A stretch of DNA of 64,000 nucleotides from Epiperipatus broadwayi. Its lineage: Eukaryota > Animalia > Onychophora. Of the stretch, positions 41,467 to 54,800 are shown in pieces. The position numbers and the translations under genes are program-made. The notes beneath the pieces were generated by a model, which searched no databases, was not told where the DNA came from, and worked only from the letters and a program-made list of their open reading frames with translations. Within the stretch, counting starts at the first letter, position 1. Every line of letters starts with the position of its first letter. The stretch lies in contig JAQFVV010000009.1 of the NCBI GenBank assembly GCA_028023455.1, positions 1,860,001-1,924,000 of the forward strand, written 5' to 3'.

Positions 41467-41864
41467 CAGGGGTCCCCAACCTTTTTGCACTTAAGAGCAC
41501 ATTCTATAATACCCGCCAGGTGGTGGGCACCGTTTATTTTTTTAACCAGGTGGCGAGCACCATTTATTTTTTCAATGTAAATTTATAGTTGGATATTGTT
41601 AATAATACACATAATGTACAAAAAAATATTTATTTCAAAATAAAAATTTTAACTTCTAATTAACGTTTATATTTTTACGCTGTAAAAGTATAGAATGTTC
41701 TACAATTTGATTACAATATAATACAATAATTTATAAGAAATTTTAAAAAGTAAATTTATTTGTATCAGATAAATAATTTTTTATCGTGTTCGGATAGCGG
41801 TGGGCACACGTAAAATGGTCTGCGGGCACCATGGTGCCCGCGGGCATAGAGTTGGGGACCCCTG
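41467..41864. mobile_element. hAT (Charlie-like) MITE, 398 bp
   Basis: TIRs CAGGGGTCCCCAAC / GTTGGGGACCCCTG; perfect 8-bp TSD CTCTATGA at 41459-41466 and 41865-41872. Confidence 0.95.
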
Positions 41865-43437
41865 CTCTATGATATCAACTGCTCTGATCAACATTTGGTT
41901 TTTGCCAATATTGATAGATGGCTCTAAATAATGATGATGGGATCTGCTTTTGTAAGCATGTGAGAATCTGAAAAAGTCATGTGATGTTAATATTGGCATT
42001 AACCTTTCTAGACAAAGAATAGAAGGAATATACTATATAATGAATATAAAAGTGAGGTCGCTAAAATATATTAAAATTAAATTGATGTCAGACCTATAAA
42101 ATTTTGCAAACAAGTTAGTTTGGGTTTAAAAACTTTAGATTTTTTTGTTGTTGTAATTTCAGACTATTAGTTTGAATTAAATAAAAGTAAAATATGGCAA
42201 TTAGATGTGTAAGTGCATTAAACCTTGAATTTTATCTGATATTTAGTGATTACTCAAGCTTACAGTAGATGAGTTGTAATAAAGTGAAAGAATTGTTTTC
42301 TGGAATAGTAAAATTGTAAGAAAACAAGCATGAAAACTAAAATAAATAATATTGGTACAGGAATAATGGAATGTAATCAAAAATAACAAAACATTATTAT
42401 AGTATTTTCACATTTTTCTGTGAATTTTTTTATTTATTGGGGTCTCCTGACTTTTTATTATTTTGGTGATAGTCCTTTAGAATTTTTAAAACTCTGTAAA
42501 AATATCCCATCAACATTAGAACAGTATCAAGAGAATACACTATTTTTAAGCTAATCAAGATATTAACCTCTCAATTAATACATACTTGAAATTCTTTAGT
42601 GGAAAAAATGATTAAAACTCTTGATGAAAATGCTGAGTTCTAGAAGTGATCTTACTTGCTGCTGTTTTCTTATTCAATAGAAAAGTTTAAATTTTATACC
42701 CAGTTTGATGAGAATGATAATGTCAATCTTGATTTACACAATCTTGGAAACTGGATCTGTAGATTGAATTAGGGTTTTACAAGTGACTCTTTTAGGTCTG
42801 AATATATTTGGTAGTCTTTGCTTTAATTTGTGCTTATTTTCTACTAGTCATTTAATTGATGACTTTTGTTTTTGAATATTAATGAATGCACAGTCCGTTA
42901 ATGTTAATGATTTAGCTTTAAGTATTAGAATTTTAAAATAAATTTTGTTAAAGTATAACAAGAAATAACAAAATACTATGCTATGATAAAGTATTATTGC
43001 TTGTCATAGTCTTCAGTTGTCTAATTACTCAACTTTTCTTCAGGTAGAGAACATATCTACTTAGTTGACTATAAAGTTCTCAATAGCTATCATTCACAAT
43101 TAATAACAGTTGGCTCTCAAGTTAGGACTTTTACACTGTAAAAATTATAGGGGATAGATTGACTGAACTCTACAATATAAATATCTTTAATAATAGCCAG
43201 TCATTAATAATTATTTGACCACTATCTTTGATTTCTTCTATAATCTATTTTTTCTTTATTAAGCACAATGGTTTTTGATTAGCTAGCCAGATCTACTTCC
43301 TAGTAGGTAAAAATGTAAAAGATTAAAAATGAGAACAATAAAACCCTTTGAATGATGGTGGTGGGGAAAAAAGGGACACATATCGCTTTCGTACTATACA
43401 ATAGTTTAAGAAGTTTGATTATTATAAGAACATATAC

Positions 43438-43770
<333 letters not shown>

Positions 43771-44000
43771 ATTTTTTGCCTGTTTATATATTGCTGAACC
43801 ATTTCCATGTGACTGGAAGAAATAAAATATTAAAGTGTAATAAATGTATTTAATTTCAATAACATTTTTTATAATAATTCACCCACTCAAAAAGTTCAAA
43901 GAAGTCGTGTTTTTAGAATTTTAGAGAGAATCTCTAAATTTATGTATATCAGATTTTATATAAATTAAAAAAAATCCTTTCATTTAGTTTATATATATAT

Positions 44001-45726
44001 TATAACGGGATTTGCCGTTTTCCATATGTATTTTACACATATATGTAGTCTTGTATGATTGTGTGTATGTATATATAACGATACACGTATATGCGTAATG
44101 GTTTAAAAGAATATTTATTCTTAAATTATTCCATTTTGTTGCCCCAGCATATTTATGAGCATCAATTTATGACCTCAAGCGCCAATCCCATATTTCTATA
44201 AGAATTATGCTGGGAGAACTGGAATACCAATATGGAAATGCCCCTGGACTAGCTCTGCTCAGGGCTGGTGGTAAAATTTACCAGCAGTAGATCTAACTCT
44301 CTTTTTTTTTTATTTAAAAAAAAAAACTCATAACATAAAAAAAACAAAAAAAAAAACCATTCATTTTATATACATTTATTAGCTATGATATTTACGTATG
44401 TATAAAAAAAAATATATTATTTACTTAAGTTAAATTAGTGTCTTTTTTAAATCAAAGATTCATATCAGTTTTCTTTTTTTTTCTTAGTTTGCTCCTTTCT
44501 CTTTTTGCCAAAACTCCCACACACACAAATATGCTATTATATGTATTTTGCACCGAAGATTTAATTGGACTAATTTATACACTAATAAATTCCGTAGTAA
44601 ATAGTTTGACCTCTCCGGGCAAAGAAAATAAATTTTAAGTTCACAATTGTGTCAAATAAACAGTTTTCTCAAATTCGTGGAGTAAGCTTACTAAAAGTGA
44701 CATATATAGATGTAATTAGAAAGAAAATACCTGGTTTCCCCAGGGAATTGATCGAATCCTCTTGGTGAAAATGGAATCTCCGGTCCTTTGTCGGTGAACG
44801 AACTTTGTTTTTTTTTTTTTGAAGTTCGGGTTCCATGGCTAAAGTCTGTTTATTTATTTATTTTCTTTCTCTTCTGGCGATTCAATATTGTTGCTTATTG
44901 AGGCGAATTCTCCGGGCCTGACATCCTTCTCCGCTATCGGCAGCTGCTATACATTCGGGGGCAAAGGATTCAGACCCTCCACACATTGAAGCCTCTACCC
45001 CAGCCTGACCATATTTTATCAAATGTATATCACGTTGACCGTCCGCTTTCTTCTACCTCCAAACTTATACTAAATAATCAATTTAATTTTTTCTTTAATT
45101 ATCAAATTTATCTTTCTTTTCACTCTTTTTTTTTTAATTATATTTCCATTCACATTCCATATGCCTTTGTTGGAATGTACCACGAAAGCTTTTTATACCT
45201 ATATTCTTTCCAATTAATCTTTAATTAAAATTAGACATTCCAATATTTTTATAATAATTACTTCCATTGTTCTGCAAAATTAGTCTTCCATCTTGATATT
45301 TAAAGTTCTTTTGTTGACTTAATATGTATATATTTAAAAGTTTATCAAACAAAATATTTTTTATTTTTATTTTGTGAATTTTTCATTTTTAATGGTTCAA
45401 AAACGCACTCACACATATACATAGCAATGTGTATAGCTGGGTTTGGCAACAGAGAGAAAAAAATCAGAGCAAGTGTATAACCCCCCATACCTCTTCTATG
45501 AGTTCTTTTTAATTAAAATAACTAAATCAATTCTGTGCAACCACGCAAATGACCGTTGATTGTACATCAAACTGTAAATATTAATTTTGTTAGTAAAGTA
45601 ATATATATTTTCAATAATACGTTAGTAATAAGATATATATATATATATTTTAATAATGTATTAAGTATACGAATACGTATTTGTCTAATTATCGCAACAG
45701 GGTTTGATTATACCTGCCCTGTTGCA
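44001..45726 (-). repeat. 3' LTR (1726 bp)
   Basis: About 97% identical by eye to 47128-48851. Confidence 0.92.
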
Positions 45727-45729
45727 ATA

Positions 45730-45739
45730 CCCCCTTCCC
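45730..45739 (-). other. Polypurine tract
   Basis: Minus strand GGGAAGGGGG followed by TAT and then the TG of the 3' LTR. Confidence 0.85.
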
Positions 45740-47113
45740 GGAAGCCTTCAAATACGGTCTATGGATTTGAATGGCTCCTAAATATCGTGAACTATTCATA
45801 ATGGCCTCAAATCAATTTTTTTTTGACTTTTACCCTGTAGCTATAAAAATATAAGAGTAAGCGACCACCAGCCCAACGATATACACTGGGTCTGACCACA
45901 ACTCATGCGCATATGACATGCTATGAATGAACACAGCCAACTTCACCTGATCTACTTCGTTAAACAACTAAAGGAGAAGCCATTCCCTAACCACATTCTG
46001 CTGCTTCCAAGTCTTATGGATGTGGGTAACTAGGACAAATGCCAGCATCTCCTAACCATGTTGGGAATAGAAAGCAACTATACACAGAACGCAGCACACC
46101 ACATGCCCAATCGAGCAGCCAACCCCCATATTCCACCATCAGACTTAGACTGCCTTCCTCCCAAAGCTTCACAGCTACAACTTATTTACTCTCTATGCTG
46201 CTAGATTCCGAACCTCCAACCCCCCAAAGCACAGTGCTGATCCCTTCCCGGATTTCCTTACGCCTTCAATATTTCTTAAGTATATATATTTATAATTTTA
46301 CTGTGGACCGATCGACATTTCACTATGTTATTTCGACTTACTCTTGTTTTCCATTTTTATAAAACCTCGCTTTGAAAACTAATACAGATAGACTATTGTT
46401 ATTTCAAAACCTTCGTTTCAAAGTTAGTTTAAAATTCAGAAAGTGTCAAAATGATTATAAAAGTAAAAAGTGTAAAATATATTAAAATAATAGCTACTGT
46501 GTGGATGTAAATTAAATATAATTCATTACTCGAATTTTTTTTAAAACAACATTAACTTAATATATATATATATAGAAAAATTATTTTTATTTAGTTATGA
46601 CATCTTATAGTAATAAGTGACAGAAAGCCAAATAAGTATTTTGTATCTAATTAAAATGGATTAATTATAAAGGTTAACCACTTAAAACACTCGTTTACTT
46701 TTTTCTTTTAAAATATCTGTATTACTTTTTTTTTTAAAAAAAAAAAATCAATCGCGAACAATAAAACATTTACGTTCGTTATTTACAAAAAAAAAAAAAT
46801 CCATAACAAACTGAAAGTTCTTTAAAAAAAACCAGTCTAACCTAAACTGATTACTTTATGAAACGCTTTTATCTTCTGCACTCAGTTGGTATTTTTCATA
46901 TAGCCTAAAAAGTTTTTTTTTACTTATAAAACTCAATATTAACTACATCCAACTCTGCCAATATAATATAACTTCCGTTATTAGCTAAAACAATAATGAT
47001 CTGACAAAACCGATATGTATACATTTATTTACTTTCTCAAAAAAAAAAAAATCATGCTAAATTCTTTCATATTTTTCTTTCCCTCATTGACCTACTTCTC
47101 TTCGATGTCCTTT

Positions 47114-47126
47114 CGTTGGGTCGCCA
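47114..47126 (-). other. Primer-binding site (tRNA-Arg-like)
   Basis: Minus strand TGGCGACCCAACG, 1 nt after the 5' LTR; TGG pairs with the tRNA CCA, and TGGCGACC is complementary to the ...GGUCGCCA end of several animal tRNA-Arg isoacceptors. Confidence 0.75.
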
Positions 47127-47127
47127 T

Positions 47128-48851
47128 TATAACGGGATTTGCCATTTTCCATATGTATTTTACGCATATATGTAGTCTTGTACGATTGCGTGTATGTATA
47201 TATAACGATACACGTATATGCATAATGGTTTAAAAGAATATTTATTCTTAAATTATTCCATTTTATTGCCCCAGCATATTTATGAGCATCAATTTATGAC
47301 CTCAAGCGCCAATTCCATATTTCTATAAGAATTATGCTGGGAGAACTGGAATACCAATATGGAAATGCCCCTGGACTAGCTCTGCTCAGGGCTGGTGGTA
47401 AAATTTATCGGCAGTAGATCTAACTCTCTTTTTTTTATTTAAAAAAAAACAACTCATAACATAAAAAAAAACAAAACAAAAAAAAACCATTCATTTTATA
47501 TACATTTATTAGCTATGATATTTACGTATGTATAAAAATATATATATTATTTACTTAAGTTAAATTAGTGTCTCTTTTAAATCAAAGATTCATATCAGTT
47601 TTCTTTTTTTTCTTTGTTTGCTCCTTTCTCTTTTTGACAAAACTCCCACACACACAAATATGCTATTATATGTATTTTGCACCGAAGATTTAATTGGACT
47701 AATTTATAAACTAATAAATTCTGCAGTAAATAGTTTGATCTCTCCGGGCAAAGAAAATAAATTTTAAGTTCACAATTGTGTCAAATAAACAGTTTTCTCA
47801 AATTCATGGAGTAAGCTTACTAAAAGTGACATATATAGATGTAATTAGAAAGAAAATACCTGGTTTCCCTGGGGAATTGATCGAATCCTTATGGTGAAAA
47901 TGGAATCTCCGGTCCTTTGTTGGTGATCGAACTTTGTTTTTTTTTTCTTTGAAGTTCGGGTTCCATGGCTAAAGTCTGTTTATTTATTTATTTTCTTTCT
48001 CTTCTGGTGATTCAATATTGTTGCTTATTGAGGCGAATTCTCCAGGCTTAACGTCCTTCTCCACTATCGGCAGCTGCTATACATTCGGGGGCAAAGGATT
48101 CGGACCCTCCGCATGTTGAAGCCTCTACCCCAGCCTGACCATATTTTATCAAATGTATATCACGTTGACCATCCGCTTTCTTCTACTTCCAAACTTATAC
48201 TAAATAATCAATTTAATTTTTTCTTTAATTATCAAACTTATCTTTCTTTTCACTCTTTTTTTTTTTAATTATATTTCCATTCACATTCCATATGCCTTTG
48301 TTGGAATGTACTACAAAAGCTTTTTACACCTATATTCTTTCCAATTAATCTTTAATTAAAATTAGACATTCCAAGATTTTTATAATAATTACTTCCATTG
48401 TTCTGCAAAATTAGTCTTCCATCTTGATATTTAAAGTTCTTTTGTTGACTTAATATGTATATATTTAAAAGTTTATCAAACAAAATATTTTTTATTTTTA
48501 TTTTGTGAATTTTTCATTTTTAATGGTTCAAAAATGCACTCACACATATACATAGCGATGTGTATAGCTGGGTTTGGCAACAGAGAAAAAAATCAGAGCA
48601 AGTGTATAACCCCCCATACCTCTTCTATGAGTTCTTTTTAATTAAAATAACTAAATCAATTCTGTACAACCACGCAAATGACCGTTGATTGTGCATCAAA
48701 CTGTAAATATTAATTTTGTTAGTAAAGTAATATATATTTTCAATAATACGTTAGTAATAAGATATATATATTTTTTAATAATGCGTCAAGTATACGAATA
48801 CATATTTGTCTAATTATCGCAACAGGGTTTGATTATACTTGCCCTGTTGCA
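47128..48851 (-). repeat. 5' LTR (1724 bp)
   Basis: Direct repeat of 44001-45726; begins TGCAACAGGG on the minus strand at 48851. Confidence 0.92.
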
Positions 48852-51800
48852 ATATATAACTTTTAAGAAAGAATCATTGGCAATTTAATTTTGATTTTGA
48901 GTATTGCCAAGATAAACATGTAAAACATAAGACACACATACCCCCTCACAAATTTTTTTTTTGGAAATGTTTTTTTTGAAATGTTTTTTAACTGGATATA
49001 TACGTAATATTTCTAATATTAATTTATGTATGTTAAAATAAATTAATATCAATATTGTACCAGTCGGTTTTGTCTGTTCATATAACAAGATCTAGCATGT
49101 AGGCAAAAGTACCTTAAGTCCAATCATGCGAGAGGTACATAAGTCAGGAACACTCATGAACTCTGCCCTATTTCCCTATTTCCAGATCTACCAACTTATG
49201 AGCAACAATTCTGATGATACCGATCTAATTTTCTCTCTCTCTGCCGGCATTGCAAATTGGAGACACAAAGAGACTCTAATTGGAAATAATGTAGTGAAAC
49301 CCTTTTAGTATAACTATATAATTCTATAATTAAAACACTTCACAAATTAACATATCTAACGCTTGTGACCTTTTACATTATTTATATCAGATTAGTGGGA
49401 TATCATCTAGTCATATTACACAATTTATATAATCAAGATATAATATCTATTAAATAAATGAAATGATGACTCTGAAAGTTTAGTTATATATCTATATGAT
49501 TTATTAATGTAAATAGAGTAAGCATGAGTAATTTGATTATAATGACTCTTCATTAATTATCATTGGCCTCTTATATTTTATGTAGCATAAGATTTCTCTT
49601 CTACAGTTTAAGAAATCACAAATACCTTTATTAATTTGTTATTTTAGTGCGGCTGATTTATATGCCAATACTAGACTAATTACAATATATAAATACGGTT
49701 TTAATAGCACTATAATATAGGTATATAACAACTCTTTGATGCATCCCTAGAGAGAGGAAAAAATAGCACTTGACCAAATTGGCTTAATAAGGATTATTCA
49801 GTTTATTATAGAAATATGATTAATATTAATAAATAAAATAATCTCAGCTTATGCTGAGGAAGAAATGTGTGTGGGAGAGTTCATTTGGAATATATATAAT
49901 TGTGTCGCAAAATGGTGCACACATGAAAATAATAATAAATGATAAAGAAATCTGTTTAGTAGAATCAGAACATTATGGCTTAGGATATTTATAGGTTTTA
50001 TTTGGAACAAAAACTTAAGAGAACGGTACATGCATGGTGGCATATTTATGTGATCCAGTCTCTGATCCTGAATGTACATCTGAAATTTCACTAAGGATTG
50101 GTGACCAACTTCTTTCTGCTACTTTGGCAGAATTGGTTCACTGAATGATAAACAAATAGGTGCTATAATCCAGTTTTCCGGAGCGTTCCCTTATGTAGTT
50201 ACCTCCAGTGACAAAGAGAAGTTCCAAGAAGGGTTAAGAGCCTTGTTCTTAGACTTGGATATATGACACGGGGTTTAGCTTTCCGATACACCCAGTGGAA
50301 TGAAGCACAATATATATATAAATGAATGAGGAGGCCTGTATGCAAGCAACACTTGGAATTACATACATCTAAGACTTTTAACAATCAGAATCAATTAATT
50401 AATACCTATATATTTTTGGAATATCCAGCGTAATGGTATGATTAGGTTATTGAACACTATAGACTTACATAGATTAACTGAATGAAATATTACTTTATCA
50501 AGAATCCCCCTCCCCTTATTACATTAATTTACATATATAACTTCCCACAAAATTGAAAAAAAAAATGAATATTCGGTTCTAAGTGCTTTTCTTGTATTTT
50601 ACAATTAATTAAATATATATAGGAGTTAGGTGGTGGTCATTGAAATTTTATTTCATCAAGAAAAATATTTAAATTTAAATAAACACACCTTATGATTTTA
50701 AAAGTAGCACTATTAATTTAAATTAGGAAAACATTTCTTAGAAAAACAGATTTTTATTCTGTTTTTGGTTTATAACATTATAATATAATTAAATTGTTTT
50801 CTCCCAAACTGGCAAGTGTCCGCTGTAATGAAAATAACAAGACTTGTTTTTAACTAAAGACTTAATTGATCCCCATGAAAAGAAAGGGGGGAATTTAAAA
50901 GAGAGAGCGAACATTATTTCAAAAATACAATATATAAAATATAATAATAAGAGTTATAAAATATTGTTGCCACATGAAAGTGAAATAAGAAATTATTATT
51001 ATTTAAAAGAGGCTCAATGATAGGAGAGATTTTAATATAGAGTTTATAGAGAGTTAAATACATATTTAAAATCAGGTAAGAATTTACAAATTTAAATTGA
51101 TAAAGTATATATGAATGAAGTATTATAAGTAATATATAAGTTTTGATCTCACGATCAGCTACAAGAATTACAATACATTTAAGAAATGGTTAAGCAAGAA
51201 ATTTAGATTAAGGTTGAAGTTATTTAATCTGAGTTTTTAGGCAGCAATTAGAATTTATTACCTTAATCAGTCATTAAGAACAATACTTAGTTAATTGTGG
51301 TGTCCATCGGAGACTAGATCTAGTTTTGATTCTTGTTTGTCAGGAAGGTAGCATTTCCATTATCTAACATTTCAGTACAGGATTATAGTTCATGAGTACA
51401 TAGGTCCTGGGTGATGATTTTGGAAGAGACTGCATTTTGGAATGACAGGGAAAGGTGGATCTAACACTCTACTCACAGCACATTGATTTAAAGGTACGAT
51501 GAGCATAGATTCAGCTTACTATTGTTCTTATAAAAATAGCTGTTCTCCTTGGGTATTCAAATTCAGCCCTATTTATATGTTTTTGCAAATTATTCTGGAA
51601 TGCTTTTTAGCTGCCAGACCTGAGGTATTTTATATACTTTAGCGATCTGCAATTTGCAGACCGGATGCACGGTTTTGTTCTTGTAAGTTATAAAACAATA
51701 TAATCCTGCCAAAATTCTTCGAATGATTGTTTTAAAGTAAAAACTTAGATTTTAAAACTAATTTGAAATAAATAAAATTTTCACTAATGGATCTTACATT

Positions 51801-54800
51801 ATTTTTATACAATTATAATATTTTTAACTGGGACTAATGGATTTCCTGTTAATTGATTTAATTGCATTCAAGAATATTCAGCAGGATTGCGATTGCATCA
51901 GATTTTCTGACCACCATTACTAAAAATAAATATTTTATACAAAATTTTACATATATAATATAACATATTTTAATATAATACTTATTTTACAAGTAATCTT
52001 CCATCATCTGTTATATATACATATCCTTTATGCACATATACGATTTTTAAATGATACAAAATATTTGTTTATTTAAAATATTTAATTTAAGATATTAATA
52101 AATATCTATGTCAAGGTCATGTTTAAGACTACAGGAAAAACAATGTGTTAATAAGTGTGTGTATTCATGTAAGGATGGAGTTTGAATTTGGTTTGGTGGT
52201 GGGAGATTGAAATTAGGCTGTGAAGTGCAATCTGAGTATCAGATTGACTGCTTCAATATATATAATGCTCGACAGATATTACTACATTTAAAAGAAGATA
52301 CATAGAGAAATGCAAAATTGTGTGAGTAAATAGACTAGATATGAAAATCATCTAAGTATGCAAGTTTCAAGAGTCATACGCTGTCATCTATTAGATGTGT
52401 TTCAAATAATAATAATAATGTAATTCAAAGTTTTTAATGACTTGTTTTAGTACTAAAACTTTCATAATCATTTAAATTTTTTAAAAATTATATTGATAAT
52501 CTATTTCAGAATTTGGAGAAAGATTAACTGATATTATATTAATTGATTTTGTTCAATTTAATTAAATTATGATTTTTTTTTTTTACTTCTGTATTATTAA
52601 ATTCATATAAACATGAAAAGATATGAGAAATTAATAGATCTTTTTTTTCTGTCATTTAATTTTTTCCCTCAGGCAAAACTATTTAGCAACTTTATAATAA
52701 TCAATAAAGCAAATCATATATAGCATGACATTGCTTTTATAAGCTTGTATTTACAAATATGTAATATAGAGAATGTACCAATAGCTTGAACAACTTTATA
52801 ACAAAATTCCTTTTTTCTTTTGATTTAATTTTTAAATGGCTTGATTCTTTGTAGCATGTCATCCACTCACAATAGGCTGATTCATTGAAGTTTTGTTTTC
52901 TTTTTTAAATTGCACAAAAACTATAAGCATGATGTCAACAGAAATCCCAGCATTCATTGCTGCTTGATTCCATCTTTGGAATGATGTATCACAATTTGAA
53001 ATCAGATAAAATTTGAATTTTTTATTATTATTTTTATTAGTAGGTGCATTTAATTTTTTAATTTTCTGTTCAGTTTACTAATTTATACAAGGATGATCTT
53101 TATCGGCTTTATTATTAAATAAAACATTAAAAATATGCAGATAATTCAGATATCAAGACCCTCAATGTGATATAAACATAATCGTGGAATATTGGTCGTA
53201 AGTTATTAATTTTAATTTTTTAATTACTTAAATTTTTTAAAATTATTTGATAAATAGTATATTAATTTGTTTGCATTTGTATTGGTGTGTGTGCAGTATA
53301 TAAATTATATAATATTAAATCATTTATGCTCTTTATTATACAGTATGTAAATTTGTATTCAAATATAACAAAAGTGGTTTTTGTAGTGTAATTTTGGGTC
53401 TCTGATCCAAGTTTGAGGCAACCTTATTTTATAGACATAATGATTGTACTTATATTTGTATTTGTCTTTGCACTTGCATGTTTGTGTTTGTATAACAAGT
53501 AATGATTTACATACATAGAGCAGTGCAATGTAAATTTTAAGACTGATTATCAAATGTACAGAAAGATTGAAGTTGATAAAGCAATCACAAAATTTACTGG
53601 GCATAGTACCATGTGAAAATATAAACACTTAAAACCAATAAAGAGAGATTTCAAATGGTGTGTGTGTAGTGGTAGCCACAATGGTTATGCATATACCACA
53701 TGGAATTGTATGCAGGCAAAGAATCAAATTCTGATTCTTGCCTATGCCTTGATACTCATGCTGTGGAGTCAGTAGTTTTGCCACATCTTGCATCACATTA
53801 TTTTCAAGTCTATAGCTAGCAAATGAGCTATATGCAAATAAATTATATCTCTGTGGGACAATAAATATAACAAGATAGCATCACTGGTGTGCATAAAGAA
53901 TATAAACATCACTGATGTACACAAAAAATATAAAATGAAGAGATGAAACTCATTTTATCAGTGATACAGACAGTAGCCTACAATTTCTAGTTTTAGATAG
54001 ACAAGAAGCCAATTGCTATGATGACAAATGCATATCCACCTTCTGGAAATGATTTGTTTTGTATCTTTTATTAGGATGAATCTTTTTCTTATAGATGCCT
54101 TTGAGATTTGTTAACTTTTGGGGTACAAGATAAAAATGAAGAATTCTTATGTGAATAGTTTTAGAGATTCTGAAGCTATGGATTATCTCAGGTAAGAAGT
54201 ATTATATATGGTTTGAAAGATAATTTTGTGAGGAATACAAAGAAATTATCAATGAAGATGTAATTTAAACTTAGTTAATGATAAATTAAAAATTATAAAC
54301 AAACAATAAAGTAATAATTATATCAGATGTTGAAATTTCCTTTTTTCCTTATTTTTTGAAATGGTAATCACTATGTTTTAACCTTATTATTTTCCATAGT
54401 TTCTCTAGTTTTTATCAATGTAAAGTTTTTTGCTCTACCATTATTAAAACTGAAATTATTGTGAAAATTGTGTCTCAGGTCAGTTTTTTAAAAAATTCAA
54501 TATGGTGCCTGTAGAATAAAGCAGTAAAATTAACAAGATACATTTTGGAAGATATTTTGCAATTTAGTAATATTTACATTTTTTTTTTAATTTTTAAAAT
54601 CATGAGTATAGTTTCATATGATAGCCTTTTTAATATTTAGTTTAGAATTTTACTATCAATTGATTGTAGATGGATTGATTTTTATTCAAAAATAGATGTT
54701 TTTTAAAAATCTCATTCAATGTTCTTTGATTCAATACTTGATAAATATTTTTATTATCTTTATATAATATAATCTATTAACATTATTTATTTATGGTCAT

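Larger units (their letters stand above)
44001..48851 (-). mobile_element. Non-autonomous LTR retrotransposon (LARD/large-TRIM-like), 4851 bp
   Basis: Direct repeats of ~1.73 kb; minus-strand order is 5' LTR, PBS, non-coding internal region, PPT, 3' LTR; LTR termini TGCAACAGGG...CCCGTTATA; flanked by ATAT(AT) on both sides. Confidence 0.9.

Noticed and set aside
46039-46362. 107-aa plus-strand ORF inside the LTR element
   Set aside because: Antisense to the element, S/P/T-rich as expected from C-rich DNA, and with no gag or other motif.
52868-53010. Minus-strand open frame ISNCDTSFQRWNQAAMNAGISVDIML...NQPI ending at a GTGAGT donor
   Set aside because: No credible acceptor or start upstream, and no partner exons.
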